The position numbers and the translations under genes are program-made. The notes beneath the pieces are model-generated. The model was given only the letters and a program-made list of their open reading frames with translations, ran no database searches and was not told the origin of the DNA. A DNA stretch of 64,000 nt from Octopus sinensis. Its lineage: Eukaryota. The DNA is taken from assembly GCF_006345805.1 (NCBI RefSeq), contig NC_043005.1:80042001-80106000 (forward strand). Direction: 5' to 3'. Shown piece by piece: positions 1 to 13,520 of the stretch. Position 1 is the first letter of the stretch. Each line of letters starts with the position of its first letter.

Positions 1-137
1 TTGTACTTAATTTATCGACCCCGAAATGATGAAAGGCAAAGTCGACCTCGGCGGAATTTGCACTCAGAACGTAGCGGCAGACGAAATACCACCAAGCATT
101 TCGTTCAACGTGCTAATATTTCTACCAGCTCGCCGCC
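1..137 (-). mobile_element. tRNA-derived SINE 'family A' (Deu/Nin-like core), cut by window edge
   Basis: Reverse complement reads GGCGGCGAGCTGGTAGAAA... (A-box-like), GAGTGCAAATTCC (B-box variant), then GTCGACTTTGCCTTTCATCATTTCGGGGTCGATAAA; same sequence recurs many times in the window. Confidence 0.85.
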
Positions 138-1601
138 ATATGTGTGAGTAAATATTAAACCAAAGACCAGAAAGTTTGGTTTATCTTTTAGTAAAAATAA
201 AATGCAAAGAATGCTCTGATAAAAATTGAACTCAGAACGTAAGGGCGTGACGAAATACCGTGAGGCATTTTTTGTTCGTCACTAATGATTCTGCCATCTG
301 CTCTCTTCCAAATGAAAATATATGAATGAAAAAAAAATTGTGCTGCTTTGTGAAGAAAACCATCAACACGAGCAAACAAGCATGGCCCATTGTTCTCACA
401 TAAGGCTACATTGTTACGTTCTAATCAACAGTTACCTATCTATTAAATGATACAAAAGCTTCTTGTTTAACACCAATGAGAAGGTAACCTCAATACTGAT
501 ATTAAGGTTTGTTTATTTTATAATGCTCGTTTTTTATTTTTCTTTCTGTTACAGTTGTAGTCCAGTTGTAACCTCTTTGTTAGAGAACAAAACTTTTGCT
601 CCGCTAACCCCTCAATTACAACTCATTTTATTTTCCCCTCTTTTTTTTTACTTATTATTATTTCGAACACAAATTCAAACCCTCCATATGTTCCCTCCAA
701 CTTCGTTTATACATAGTTTCTCACTTGTTCTCTCCTTTATCCCCTACACTCTTTAAATCGCCCCCTCTTTTTAAATATTTTTGTGTGTTTGTACGTTTAT
801 TTTTAAGCCCTCTTTCACTACTCTTGTGACCAATAAAGATATCATTATCTTATTATCATTATTTTATTATTATTGTGAAATAATATTCATTTCCTGCCAT
901 TAATAATATTTTCATTTGAAATGAATTTCATTTTCTTGCATTGACCTGGTTAAAAATAACATACTTGACAATATGTCTTGTATTTATTGTAATTATTTAT
1001 GTATTAGTATCATCCTGAGCATATGTGTATGCAGGTATATGTATTATGGGGGTGTTTGTACACAACAATCATAGTGTTAAGACAAACAACAGAGGCGGGT
1101 GGCACAGAAATTGATATCACAAGTGCAGCTGCCGGGAGACGTGTGCATATTTTTGTCAATGAGGTATAAGTTTAAAAAAAAAACCTTTCTATGATTTATT
1201 ACCAAGTCAAAGGAAACAAAGGGGAATAAACGACTTATCTTTCAACGAAACTCTCTATCACAAATGGAAGGGATTCGTTTCTGCTTGTTTGCGTTGTCTT
1301 TTTATATTTCTTCTATATTTGTTTGGTTGTTAGAAGGGCTGGTTTGATATTTGAATAAATATAATAAAAATTGATATTTGGCGGGATGTATAATCCTTAT
1401 TTTGATCACGTACAATTAATAAACTCTCACCCTATCAGTAGCACTATTGATTTCGAGAGTGATACCTTTTGTAGAGGCCTTAACAAATGTAACAGATATA
1501 TATCTACAGCAGACAGCCGAAAAGTTAAGAACAGCCTATTCATCAAGAACTTACAATCAGTTACACTTTATTGACAACAAAGTTGTCGGTATACTCAGAA
1601 A

Positions 1602-2370
1602 GTATTTGGCTATCTGATAAATTCGATCGTTTTTTTTTCTCCATTTATTTTTCTCCTTACATTTCGTCAACAAATCAGTCAGTAATATATTCTCTTTCAT
1701 TGTTTAGGACTTCTTACAATGTTCCTCTTGCTTGTCAATATCTTGCCGCCAAATATCACCAGTTTTTGAATCAAAGAATTCATAGAACCACGTTTTCAAT
1801 TCCACGTCTTTGTTGAACTGAACGCTTCACAATGTTGACGAGCTACCCAAAGAGGCGATAATCAGAAGGTGCTATTTCGCGTGAATATGGTGGGTCTGTT
1901 AGACCTTCACATCCGAGTCCTCGAATAGCATGTATTTCTTAGTCAATTTAACTATGTGGGGGCGACCATTGTCGTGTTGAAGACGCACACCTTTGCCGGT
2001 TCGGTCGTTTGAGCAAGTTGCCTCTTTGAGCTGGTGCATTTGATGGACGTAGGGTTCTGCATTGAACGTAAAGTTGTGGATAGATCCTTCGCAGTCCCTG
2101 CAAATGAAGATCATGGTTTTGCGCAGATGCAACTCTGACTGTGGTCGAGGTGTTGCTTGCTTGATAGTAGGACTCAAATATTTTTTCCTCTGCCTAGTAT
2201 TGACATAAAGGCACTATTTTTCATTGCCGGTGACTATTCGGTCGCGAAACTTATGTTTGTATCCACGAGTAGCTAAGTTTCCAGCGTGGAAGCTGGCGGT
2301 AATTGAAGAGAGCTGAAATTTGTCTTCTTTCTTCAGAGCGTGTGATACCCATGCACAGTTTTTGGACCTT
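1602..2370 (-). mobile_element. Decayed mariner (DD34D-type) transposase remnant with 3' TIR
   Basis: Minus-strand translation across frameshifts gives WVSHAL, FRDRIVTGNEK*CLYVN, LQHDNGRPH, DPPYSREIAPSDYRLF, WFYEFFDSK; TIR-like TATTTGGCTATCTGATAAATTCG near 1602-1626. Confidence 0.85.
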
Positions 2371-2476
2371 ACTCATCAAGGGTAGCTGATGGGTGACGGT
2401 TTTAAGAGAGGATTCCATCTACCGGGTCAATTTCCTAGTAGATTGGCACGGATTTTCATTCATTGGCTGCTGTTTC

Positions 2477-2509
<33 letters not shown>

Positions 2510-2599
2510 CATATAGCTACAGTTAGCGCGAGGAAAACAAAATATACATTACCTGGAATCGGTTTGAGAGCAAGCTCACTCAGCAATTCAATTTGCTAC

Positions 2600-3150
2600 A
2601 CATTGATACAGTAGCCATCAGCGAGGGAAGAATTCCAAGAATGCAAGAAGTCTCCCCACGTTTGATGATTGCATATTATGGTCTGTTTGGATCGGGGAGT
2701 GCTGTTCCAGAAAGACTTGGAACACGAGTTTCATGGATTCTGTCAATAAGAGTGCGTTTAAAGGATGTGAGCGACATCAAAGCAATAATTAGAGAATAGT
2801 AGCAATCAATACCTTGACCACTGTAGGACGGGCTGAATTTCTTGAGGCGTCTTGACATTTTCTAGGAATGTTCTGTTTTCAAGCTTCAGCTAAGGATTGG
2901 AATTCCATTTTAGACGCATGATGGGAATATGTATGGTTAACTTATACACATTTTCAGCTTCGCTGACAAGTATCTAAATAGTTTCCTGAATATACCAATG
3001 TGATCATGCAATCACCATAACGGATCGTCTAGACAGTATATGGTTGTTTTCATTACTTAGTGGATAGATGTCCGCTATTGCAACTGGCCGGTCACAGAAT
3101 ACAAATTTGAGTTGCAGGACAGGATTTGAATCACTGAACACTGAGTACGC
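2600..3150 (-). mobile_element. Very old CR1/L2-type LINE 3' remnant
   Basis: Fragments resembling LEN-VQRRL and RVPSL-WNS(T/L)P on the minus strand, with frameshifts. Confidence 0.35.
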
Positions 3151-3858
3151 CATGGCTATAAAAACCAGATTAGTAATCCAGTTAAGCGACAGTTGGCATC
3201 AGCAATCTCAGCAGACGGTGGGGTGGTGCTATCAACAGGGGATGTAGAGGGGGAATCGATAGCATTTAGCAAAGAACTAGTAACAGAACAGTTTTCGTGA
3301 ATATGGTGGATACGACTTTCATGCCAAATCACTGGCAAAGATCCTTGCACCACCTTCTTTTGATCAGGAAGTGCAAGCAAAAATCCGTCCAGTTGCTATA
3401 GCGAAGGAAACTGTGAGGGAGATGAGATCGATAGAAATAAAGACACACTTAACTCTTCAGCCAAACTACAAGGAGTGGAAGGTATGGTGAGAGAGACAGA
3501 CAGACAGACAGACAAACAGAGTTGAATTTTTTTAAATGTAGGTGTGAACAACAAATGCAGTTCGTGTGAATGGCCTACACTACACATGCTGCTGCACACC
3601 GAGAAACGAAAAATGTGGAAGGACACTTGCTTTGTGTTGTCAAAGTTATTGACTGGCGAAGAGAGGGGTTTTCTTTCATGAGATCTAAGTAGCTATCTCC
3701 CTTATTAGGGAATATTTCTTGGAGTATGTATTTTTATCTTCTTTTTACACGCCATAACCAACCTCTCACACTGTTTCTATTTTGTTCTGGTGTACCGTTT
3801 TTGTTTTCTTTGAACCCCTGTGACTCTTAAAAAAATATCATCCTTCTTCTTTATCAAT

Positions 3859-4311
3859 CGGCGAGATGACAGAAACGTTAGCACGCGGGGCAAAATGCTT
3901 AGCGGTATTTCGTCTGCCGCTACGTTCTGAGTTCAAATTCCGCCGAGGTCGACTTTGCCTTTCATCCTTTCGAGGTCGATTAAATAAGTACCAGTTACGC
4001 ACTGGGGTCGATATAATCGACTTAATCCGTTTATATCGACCCCAGTGCGTAACTGGTACTTATCTAATCGACTTAATCCGTTTGTCTCTCCTTGTTTGTC
4101 CCTTCTGTGTTTAGCCCCTTGTGGGTAGTAAAGAATTAGGTATTTCGTCTGTGTTTATGTTCTGAGTTCAAATTCCAACGAGGTCGACTTTGCCTTTAAT
4201 CCTTTCGGGGTCGATAAATTAAGTACCAGTTGCGTACTGGAGTCGATCTAATCGACTGGCACATCCCCCAAAATTTAGGGCCTTATACCTAGAGTAGAAA
4301 AGAATATTATT
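3859..4311 (+). mobile_element. SINE family A dimer, followed head-to-tail by an older copy (about 4312-4545)
   Basis: Head, body, junction GGGTAGTAAAGAATTAGG|TATTTCGTCTG, second body with short tail ending GTAGAAAAGAATATTATT; next head AAGTCGGCGAG starts immediately after. Confidence 0.85.
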
Positions 4312-4619
4312 AAGTCGGCGAGTTGACAGAATCGTTAGCGCATCGAATAAAGTGTTAAAAGCATTTCTTTCGGCTCTTTACATTCTGTGTCCAAATACCG
4401 CCGGGATCAACTTTGCTTTTCATTCCTCCGAGGTCAATAAAATAAAGAACCAGTCAAGTGCTTTGGTCGGTGTAATTAAGTACGCTCCTCCCACTCAAAT
4501 CTTCTGTCCTTGTATCACATTCGAAAGAATTTTTATCTATAAGGCTGAGTCGTTGTCAAAGTTAAGTCATTACATTTAGAGATGCACTAGACGACTTTCC
4601 TATAAATAAATTATGTTAA

Positions 4620-4870
4620 TTACCGCTAGACCTCATTTAACCACGGTGTTGTAGTCTAAAATAATATTTGTTAAGACAATAGTTGAAGATAATATGAGAT
4701 ACAGGTGCGAATAATTTTAGTGCAACTTGTATGAGAAAGTGTGTAAATCAGATAATTCTTTTCAGTTCTTCAGTTACATTGCGTGCCGTAAACCCGCTGG
4801 CATCCTGCTGGAATATGAACGAATTTTGAGTGATAGGTGTCAAGCGTTGAAAATAACCAAAAGTTAAATT
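4620..4870 (-). mobile_element. Tc1/mariner-type transposase fragment
   Basis: Minus strand NSFIFQQDASGFTARNVTEELKR resembles the FQQDGAPAHTA second-Asp motif. Confidence 0.35.
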
Positions 4871-5700
4871 AATAGGATTAATTAATTCAGAAAAAAAAAA
4901 GATAACAAATATGTAGGATATAAAATATAAAAAAATATAAAAACTGAAACAGGAAGTGTGTGAAATAATGCGTTTTTAAGGAGAGCGAGAAGAAAGCGAA
5001 GAGAATGAAGAGTGAGAAACTGGTTAGATGAAAGTAATAAAATACAATATATGAACGGAGATAGTGAGAATGAGAAAGAAAATCTTTTTTTAATAGTGAG
5101 AGAATGTCCAACAATAGGAAAAATTAAATAACAAAGCTGACTTCCAATGTGTAATGACATAAAATATCTAAATACTAATTCTAAAAGAACAACATGCATT
5201 TCTTTAAGGAAACTTATTCTTCTTACTATATTCTCACACCCATTTCGTTCAGCTTTTTTCTTCTCTTTACGTATATTTTTCTTTGCAAGTTTCCCATATC
5301 TGTCAGCGTAGGAAAGGATTCGAAAAGAGACAAAGAGAGTAATATTTGCGAGGAACTGTGTAGGATATTGAAAGGAGTATAGAAAGAAAAATTAAAATAA
5401 ATTAATGAGAACTTCACATTCACAATAGAACCAACAAAAGGTAAATGATCTAACTAAAGAAGAACCAACTAGAAAGAGAATTATATCTGTAAGGGCGTGA
5501 GAGATGTATATGTATCGTTTTTATGTTTCCACTTGTAGTAGCTCATTTATGTTCATATTTATTCTTTTCACGAACTTCTGTGGTTTCTTTGACATTGAGT
5601 GGACGAAGATAAAACTATATTCTGGATACTCTTTTAGCTGGTGCCTCTTCTGAGTGTCTTAAACTACTTGATAGAATTCAGAATCGAGTTTTTAACATAA

Positions 5701-6090
5701 CTAGCAGTATCGCCCGGCATCGCTCGGGTTTGTTTCGACCCTTTAGAATTGGAATTTTTGAAAAGTAAAAATTTTCCATTATGTAGCTTGTTATTCTCTT
5801 TAAGTGAACATTTTTCTGGTTGAAATACACCGAAAAATGGCGACACAGCAGTAACAAAAATCGTAAAAAAATAAGGAATTTCATAGACAAAAAACACCAT
5901 TTTGATGTAAATAATTTTTGCTGTTAACATGGTCCGATTTTAATTTTTTCTTCTACGGAAGTAAGAACAAGCCTTTTTCTATCATACAATTTTGGTCAAC
6001 TTGTGCCGCAAGGTCTCGGAGGTGATAGCGTTAGTTGAAGGCTACCAAACCTGCCATACACAGACAACTTCAGCTTTATATATAGAGAGA
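5701..6090 (-). mobile_element. Non-autonomous Helitron-like element
   Basis: Minus strand A|TCTCTCTATATATAAAGCTGAAG...CCCGAGCGATGCCGGGCGATACTGCTAG|T: 5'-TC, 3'-CTAG, subterminal hairpin, A|T target, no TSD. Confidence 0.75.
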
Positions 6091-6483
6091 TTGATTTCCT
6101 TTCATTCTACTAGGCTGGAGTCAATCGCTCATCGTTGAAATGTGTCTTAGTATTTTTTCTATAAGTATATCTATGGGCATTGATAAACTTTCGAGTCTAG
6201 GATCCATACGTGGTGAGTCCTTCTTTCTACTAAGATGGAGTCTTTGGCGCATCGTTGAAATGTCTCTTCATTGTGTCTGTTTTACGAGTATTTCCATGAT
6301 CAAGGCTCTGAACTTTCTGATTAATACTATCACAATGACATTCGTCGATTTCACTGAGTCTACGCCTTTGAAAGCATTCAGGACATATCTGGCTCTGAGA
6401 ATCGCCCCCCCCCCTTTCTATCAGTCACAGAGGTCTTGTAAATAAATGCTCATGAACTCAGATCTTCCTCGGTTGATTAGCCT

Positions 6484-6508
6484 ATATATATATAATATAT
6501 ATATAAAT

Positions 6509-6592
<84 letters not shown>
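6484..6592. repeat. (TA)n microsatellite with AA/TT interruptions
   Basis: Direct inspection. Confidence 0.95.
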
Positions 6593-6595
<3 letters not shown>

Positions 6596-7063
6596 GGGGA
6601 ATGCCACATCACAGACTAAAATCTAAAATGGAGAACAAATTTCTGAAATTGAATTAATGCTCCTTAGAGATCAGAGTAATTAAAAAATTCTGACTGGTCT
6701 CTCTTTTTTCTTTTGTTTAGGCGTTGGCGAAAATATTACGGAGTAGGGAAATTTTCTGTTGTTGTCACTGTTTTTTAAATATTTAAATTAAGTGAAACAT
6801 TTCAAATTTGGTATATCGATGTAATTTTCATGTAAAGTATGATTTTGTTATTCACTTGTTCTTGAATAATTTTAGGAAAAATATTAGAGGTTTGAAGTTT
6901 GATAAAATTTATTCAATTAGAAAACAGCATTTATAAGCTGATCTTTTCTCCGCCATATCTGTCTGTCACAAAATGAAGGCAAAAACACTATGACAACGAT
7001 GAAATTTGTAAGAAGTTTTGAGGTTTTAATGAATAGTCATGTGAAACGGTGGAACAGGCATTT

Positions 7064-7271
7064 TCTCTTTTACTTGATTCAGTCATTTGACTGCGGCCAT
7101 GCTGGAGCACCGTCTTTAAACGAGCTAATCAACCCCAGGACTTATTCTTTGTAAGCCTAGTACTTATTCTATCGGTCTCTTTTGCCGAACCGCTAACTTA
7201 CGGGGACGTAAACACACCAGCATCAGTTGTCAAGCGATATTGGGGGCGGGGGGGCAAACACAGACACACAA

Positions 7272-7359
<88 letters not shown>

Positions 7360-7539
7360 TATATACATATATGCGACGGGCTTTTTTCTGTTTCCGTCTA
7401 CCAAATCCACTCACAAAGCTTTGGTCGACCCGAGGCTATAGTAGAAATCACAATTGCCCAAGGTGTCACGCAGTGGGACTGAACCCGGAACCATGTGGTT
7501 CGTAAGCAAGCTACTTACAACACAGCCACTCCTACGCCT
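7064..7539 (-). mobile_element. tRNA-derived CORE-like SINE 'family B' with internal (TA)n(TG)n
   Basis: A-box TGGCTGTGTTG, B-box GGTTCAGTCCC, CORE-like ACCTTGGGCAA, internal microsatellite, tail CAAGTAAAAGAG. Confidence 0.9.
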
Positions 7540-7905
7540 GTAAACAATGTAAAAAGAGAAATCCTCAATGAATTGTTGTTTTTTTCGAAACATCACAAAA
7601 ACTAAAACAAAAAAAAAAACCTGTATGCTATACTAATGTAGTAATAGTTTAAATCACGTCAACATTTAATACATTTTTAGCAGTGAAAATACAAAAACGA
7701 AAGTTTGAAATGCACTAGGAGCTTCTTAATTCATAGCCTAGTATCCTAAAAGAAGAAAACTGAATAATGCAGTGCAAAATACGATATTGGGAAAAGATAA
7801 AATGGACACGAATGGAACGAACGCTTCACATCTTAGGTTTGCTATACCGCAGTTGGCTTCAGCTTAAGCAACAACAACGGCATCTCATGAGTATATCATT
7901 TATAT

Positions 7906-8215
7906 GAATGGCTGTATGGTTAAGAAATTCGCTTTGCAACCACATGGTTTCTGGTTCGATCCCAGTGCATGGCACCTTGGGCAACTGACTTCTACTCTAG
8001 CCCTCGGCCGATCAATGCCCTGTGAGTTAACGTGACTGACGGAAACACCGTAGAAGCTCACCACGCGGGGGTTTTGCGCATGTGCCCCCTCTCCCTACAC
8101 CGCTTGATAACTAGTTTGTTTGTTTATGTCTGACTTTAAAAAAGTATTGGGGTTTCGACAAGGCCCTCAAAGGCTTTGCTCCACATGACCACAGTCTGAT
8201 GACTGAAACGAGTTA
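7906..8215 (+). mobile_element. Old family B-like SINE
   Basis: TGGCTGTATGG...GGTTCGATCCC...GGCACCTTGGGCAAC, degenerate tail. Confidence 0.65.
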
Positions 8216-8738
8216 CAAACAAAAGTATGCTCTTTATTTTTTTGTTTTTTAACTGATCAACGCTGAAATGGTTCGTTTCTTCAAATACTATTTCAACGAA
8301 AATAAAAACCGATTTCGACCAAGAATTGAAACCGTGACTGACAGCAGCTTGCCAGAGTTGAAAAAAAATTGTTCTATCAACACTCCCTCCATTACCCTAT
8401 CACCAATTCCCGAAACCCTCCCCTACCCCGTCCGAGACCTAATTATTAATATGCATAAGCGATAAGGTTGGAACTGTGTGATTGCTCAGCTGGTAGACAG
8501 ACATATTTCGCTTACATACAACAAGCCAAGTTAACAACAGGGAGATTGAATGGTTTCTCGACTTCAGCATCGCACTATTGTGCTAAGATATATTGACATT
8601 ACTGGAAAAGAATGGGGAAAATTTATTTAAAAGAAAAAAAATAGAAAGATTACCGAATAGAACACGAACAATATGTAGAAGAAATGCTGAATGTGAATCA
8701 GATATATTTGTATTAAAGAAAGCGGATAGAAATATATA

Positions 8739-8818
<80 letters not shown>

Positions 8819-9985
8819 TGTACAGACACACATGTACATATGTATGTAAAGGAAAGAGATCAGATAATATTTAGTAATATAAAATAAAAATTATAATAAA
8901 GAACATAGCTACTGTAGAGAAAAGTTTTGTATTATAAAAGTATTCACGCCAAAAGAAGAAATAAAAATAATAATAATAATAATAATAGAAACAGGAGAGT
9001 AGTAATAGTAGCAATTTAAGGGTATACATAGAATGTGTTCAATACGCTGGACTAATGACCCGTACACTAGTCAATAAGGCAGATTCTTTTCTCTGCATTA
9101 TTTTCTTTTGTTGACTAGCCATACTGCCAATGGCAGTCCGTTTTAAAAACCACGCATTTACAATATTGTCTGGACAATAGCTGCGATGAAGTGGCGATGA
9201 GGCGTGTCCAACACAGTATGAAGCTTTCAGTGAAAATCCACAATGCCCGACATAGGCATATGTTTCTCTGCTCAACTCTAATGTTGCTTTGCCATCGACT
9301 TTTACGCACAAACACGTCTTTATAGATGCCTTTTACGCACCTTATTTGAAATCAATGCATCTTTCATTTAGTTACTGAATAAAACTTCGTTAAATGGAAG
9401 AAAGTGAAATGGAAAATGATATTAAAGGAAATAGTGACTATAAGACACGGTGAATAAAGAAAAAGGGGAAATCCTGGAATGAAAGTTTTAGAGAAACATT
9501 TTAAGCGCTGTCTCTTTTGTGACATGTTATTGTTGTCGGAAAAGTATTTCGGTGATATTTCTACGGAGTCTTTAAATTCTGATTTCAAATTCCACGAGAG
9601 GTGAAATTCGTCATGATCCCCTCCAGGATCGATAAAATGCAGTACCAGTAGAACATAGGGAGTTGATGGTTCCAACTAAGCCTTTTTTCTACCTGAACTT
9701 TTATCTCGGCTGCTGCTGCCTCTATTACTGGTGGATTGATAGAATCACTAGAGTGTCGGATAAGATTACTTTGCATTTCTTTTTCCCGCCCTTGACGTTC
9801 CGAGTTAAAATTTCGTCGAGGTCAACTTTACCTTTTATCCTTCCGGGATTCATAAAACAAAGTATTAATGGACTATTGGGGTCGAAGGACTTGAATAGAG
9901 CCTTCCCCCACCCCCGAAAAAACTGCTGGCCTAGTGGTCATGGGTTGGCAGAATCTTGTCAGTCAGATTGACAGAATCTTGTCAG

Positions 9986-10392
9986 AAGGTGGCAAGCTGG
10001 CAGAAACGTTAGCACGCCGGGCGAAATGCTTAGTGGTATTTCGTCTGCCGCTACGTTCTGAGTTCAAATTCCGCCGAGGTCGACTTTGCCTTTCATCCTT
10101 TTGGGGTCGATTAAACAAGTACCAATTACGCACTGTGGTCGATATAATCGACTTAATCCGTTTGTCTGTCCTTGTTTGTCCCTTCTGTGTTTAGCCCCTT
10201 GTGGGTAGTAAGCAAATAGGTATTTCGTCTGCCGCTACGTTCTGAGTTCAAATTCCACCGAGGTCAACTTTGCCTTTCATCCTTTCGGGGTCGATTAAGT
10301 AAGTACCAGTTACGCACTGGGGTCGATATAATCGACGTAATGTCCTTGTTTGTCCCCTTTATCTTTAGCCCTTTGTGATCAATAAAGAAATA
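9986..10392 (+). mobile_element. SINE family A dimer with 13-bp TSD
   Basis: Two body units; AGAATCTTGTCAG at 9973-9985 and 10393-10405. Confidence 0.9.
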
Positions 10393-11249
10393 AGAATCTT
10401 GTCAGTCAGAATCCGGCTCTTTCGTTCTAAGATCAAACCCCACCGAGACCAACTTTGTCTTTTATCTCCCCACACACACACCGCGGGTAGACAAAGTAAA
10501 GTGCCAATTATTAACAAGAGTCGATGTAATCAACAAACCCCCTTCCCAACGAAAGTCCTAGCTTTGTGCCTAGATGTTAAATAGGCAGTAATGTGGCAGA
10601 CGAAAACGGGGAGCTACCAGAATGGTTAGTGCGTCGAACAAAATTGCTAGTAACATTTCTTCTGGCCTTTACCTTTTTAATTCAAATATCACCAAAGACA
10701 AATTGCAATTTATTTATTCGGAATCGAGATACTTTAATTGGTAGGTAGCACTACATGTGACATTTTAAAAACAGATAATTCGACAGAAGTCCGAGCCAAG
10801 CTAGTACCCTATGAAACTACTTACAAGCCGTTTCCGTCGTACCTGTGAAGAAGAACAGCAAGAGTCACCACCAGGAACATCGGTCAAGGTGTCACTCCTG
10901 GCTACAAGTGACTTTAGTGACAGAAACACGCATATGGTCAGTGATGATGTAAAATTTGGTGAGATGTTGTTGAGTGGAGTCTCTATGGACATACCAGTTC
11001 TCTCGATCCCGCATCACCACAAAACAATAGCAGAGCTGTACCTGTATAAAAATTAGACGACCAAGCTGTTACATATGGTGAAAGAAAACTCATCAGAAAG
11101 GTTTTGTTATTGAGAATCCAGAAGAAGAAAAGCAACAAAAGATCATAGAGGTGGTTGGTCCTAGAACAGCAAGGTGCAAATTGTGAGCCAGCAAATGCAA
11201 TTACCTTGCTCTCGTTTCCAGAAAAGAGTCATCAGACAAACAAGTCCCG

Positions 11250-11800
11250 TCTGGCAGCCACAACCAATGAAAGACAATGAGAGTCAACTATAGCAAGAAC
11301 CACGAGAGATAACATGAAAAATATCAGTAAGTACATTGTCATAACGTTTATGAGAATGGGGGCCTAATAAAATATACTGAAGATGATCAGAATAAAACAA
11401 GAGAACAGAAATAAAGGAGAAATCGAAAGAAGGCTATGAAATGCGAATAATTGGAATACACCTCCTGCGAAGAAGAAACTCTCTCCCGTATCTTATGGAG
11501 GAGAACAAGTGTTCAGTTAAGTGGAACCATCATTCTGACCTGGACAAACATTAATAAAAATGACGAGGTTTTAATAACACTCTTATACAATATACACAGG
11601 AAATATCCAGACGAAGTATGGATGGAGAAGGAGGGAATAAAAGTTCAAATCCCAGATAGACCATACGATCCAGAAGACGTGAACCGTCATTGGCCTAATA
11701 TTACGCTAGAAGTTCTCACGGAATAATTTAGAATTGCAAGAGAACATAACATTAGAAAAGTAGATTGTATTTTTATAAGGGCAGTGGAGCAACTTAATCA
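11250..11800 (+). mobile_element. Possible old non-LTR retrotransposon fragment (R4-like pre-RT region)
   Basis: Coding-like composition; WTNI, EVWMEKEG, WPNITLEVL loosely resemble the R4/Dong pre-RT region; no catalytic motif seen. Confidence 0.25.
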
Positions 11801-12286
11801 ATGCAAGTGTTAAATATATATATATCTTGTTTCAATAGTGCGTTATACTTTCCTTTACTCGTTTACTCTTTTACTTGTTTCAGTCATTTGACTGCGGCCA
11901 TGCAGGAGCACCGCCTTTAGTCGACCAAATCGACTTGAGATTTGAACACCAGAAACCAGAGCGATACTAATACCACAAAATATTTTATTCAATGACCTGT
12001 TTCTGCGAATTTACTGCATATAAACATACATGTACACACACACACACACATACATGAGAGAGAGAGACGGAGAGAGAGAGAGAAAGTAAAATATCCTTTC
12101 TGCAATAGGCACAAGGCCTTAAATTTGAGGAAACACTGCCAATTCTATTGACCTCGAAAGAAATGAAAGGCAAAGTCAACCTCAGTGGTATCTGAACTCA
12201 GAACGTAAAGCGGGAACAAATGCAACTCACCATTCTGTCCAGCATGCAAACGATTCTGCAAAATCAATACTTATATATATATATAT

Positions 12287-12349
<63 letters not shown>

Positions 12350-12889
12350 ATACGCTAAATCTCGTACAATCTCGTGTAAACACTCGTATTCTCATCCAAC
12401 ATGAAGATGAATATCAACACTTCTATGTGTTACGGTTGAACAATTATGAAAGTATTTTTACAAGAACCCATTGACTGCCTTGATAACCAACAAATAAAGC
12501 GTGTGAGTATGTATATATATATAAAGATGTGGTCGTATGTCGATGTGTGTGCCTATAGTAAGAAATAATACATTTGGTTGGCTAATAGAGTCCAGAGCAT
12601 GCACACCTAAAACAATAGCGAAAAAGTCCCACCCATCCCATTCCAGTTTGGAAAAGCGGACGAAAAAACGATGTTGACGACGAAGGTATTTACATATTGG
12701 AAACTGGAAGTGTCACTGAGCAGTGGAATCTTTTAACTGACTGAAGTCTTTCCGAGTGGTTCGTGAGACCATTGCTGAATATGAGGTGTTGAAACAGCTG
12801 AAGCCTACAATATATTCAGCTGTCGAAATATATAGAGTTTTCTCTTTTTAAATTGAGTAGCGCATGCAAGAGCTCCACTTTCACAGACA

Positions 12890-12926
12890 CAGACACACAC
12901 ACACACACTGACACACACATATGTGC

Positions 12927-12997
<71 letters not shown>

Positions 12998-13075
12998 CAT
13001 ACATAGATATACCCATATATACATATATGCAGACACACACAAACTCGTAGATAATTACACATACACATGTATATA

Positions 13076-13148
<73 letters not shown>

Positions 13149-13520
13149 TACATATGCATATATATATATATACACACACAAACACAAACACACACACACA
13201 TATAGGTGTATAGGTATATGTTTATAAACATTAAGTATGTGTGTAAAGGTATCTGTCCAGGTATGTTTATTTATGTTTATGGCTGTATGTGTCTATGTAA
13301 GCATTTATGTATATGCATATACATACATACATAAATACATACATACACACACACACATATATATATATGTATATATATATGTATATATATGTATATATAT
13401 ATATATACACACACAAACACAAACACACACACATATATATATATGTATATATATATATATACATATATACATATGCATATATATATATATATAATATATA
13501 TATATATGTGTGTGTGGAGA
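12890..13520. repeat. Compound (CA)n/(TA)n/(TACA)n microsatellite field
   Basis: Direct inspection; source of the YI/CV-repeat ORFs. Confidence 0.95.

Noticed and set aside
3156-3380. 74-aa Ser/Pro-rich ORF with VVQGS
   Set aside because: It is adjacent to an old LINE remnant and more likely decayed RT sequence; not supportable as a gene.
10811-11056. 81-aa non-repetitive ORF
   Set aside because: No recognisable domain or splice signals; it lies among decayed TE fragments.
12765-12810. CTGAATATGA...GAAACAGCTGAAG hammerhead look-alike
   Set aside because: The core is not CUGANGA, there is no valid NUH triplet after the palindrome, and helix II is absent.
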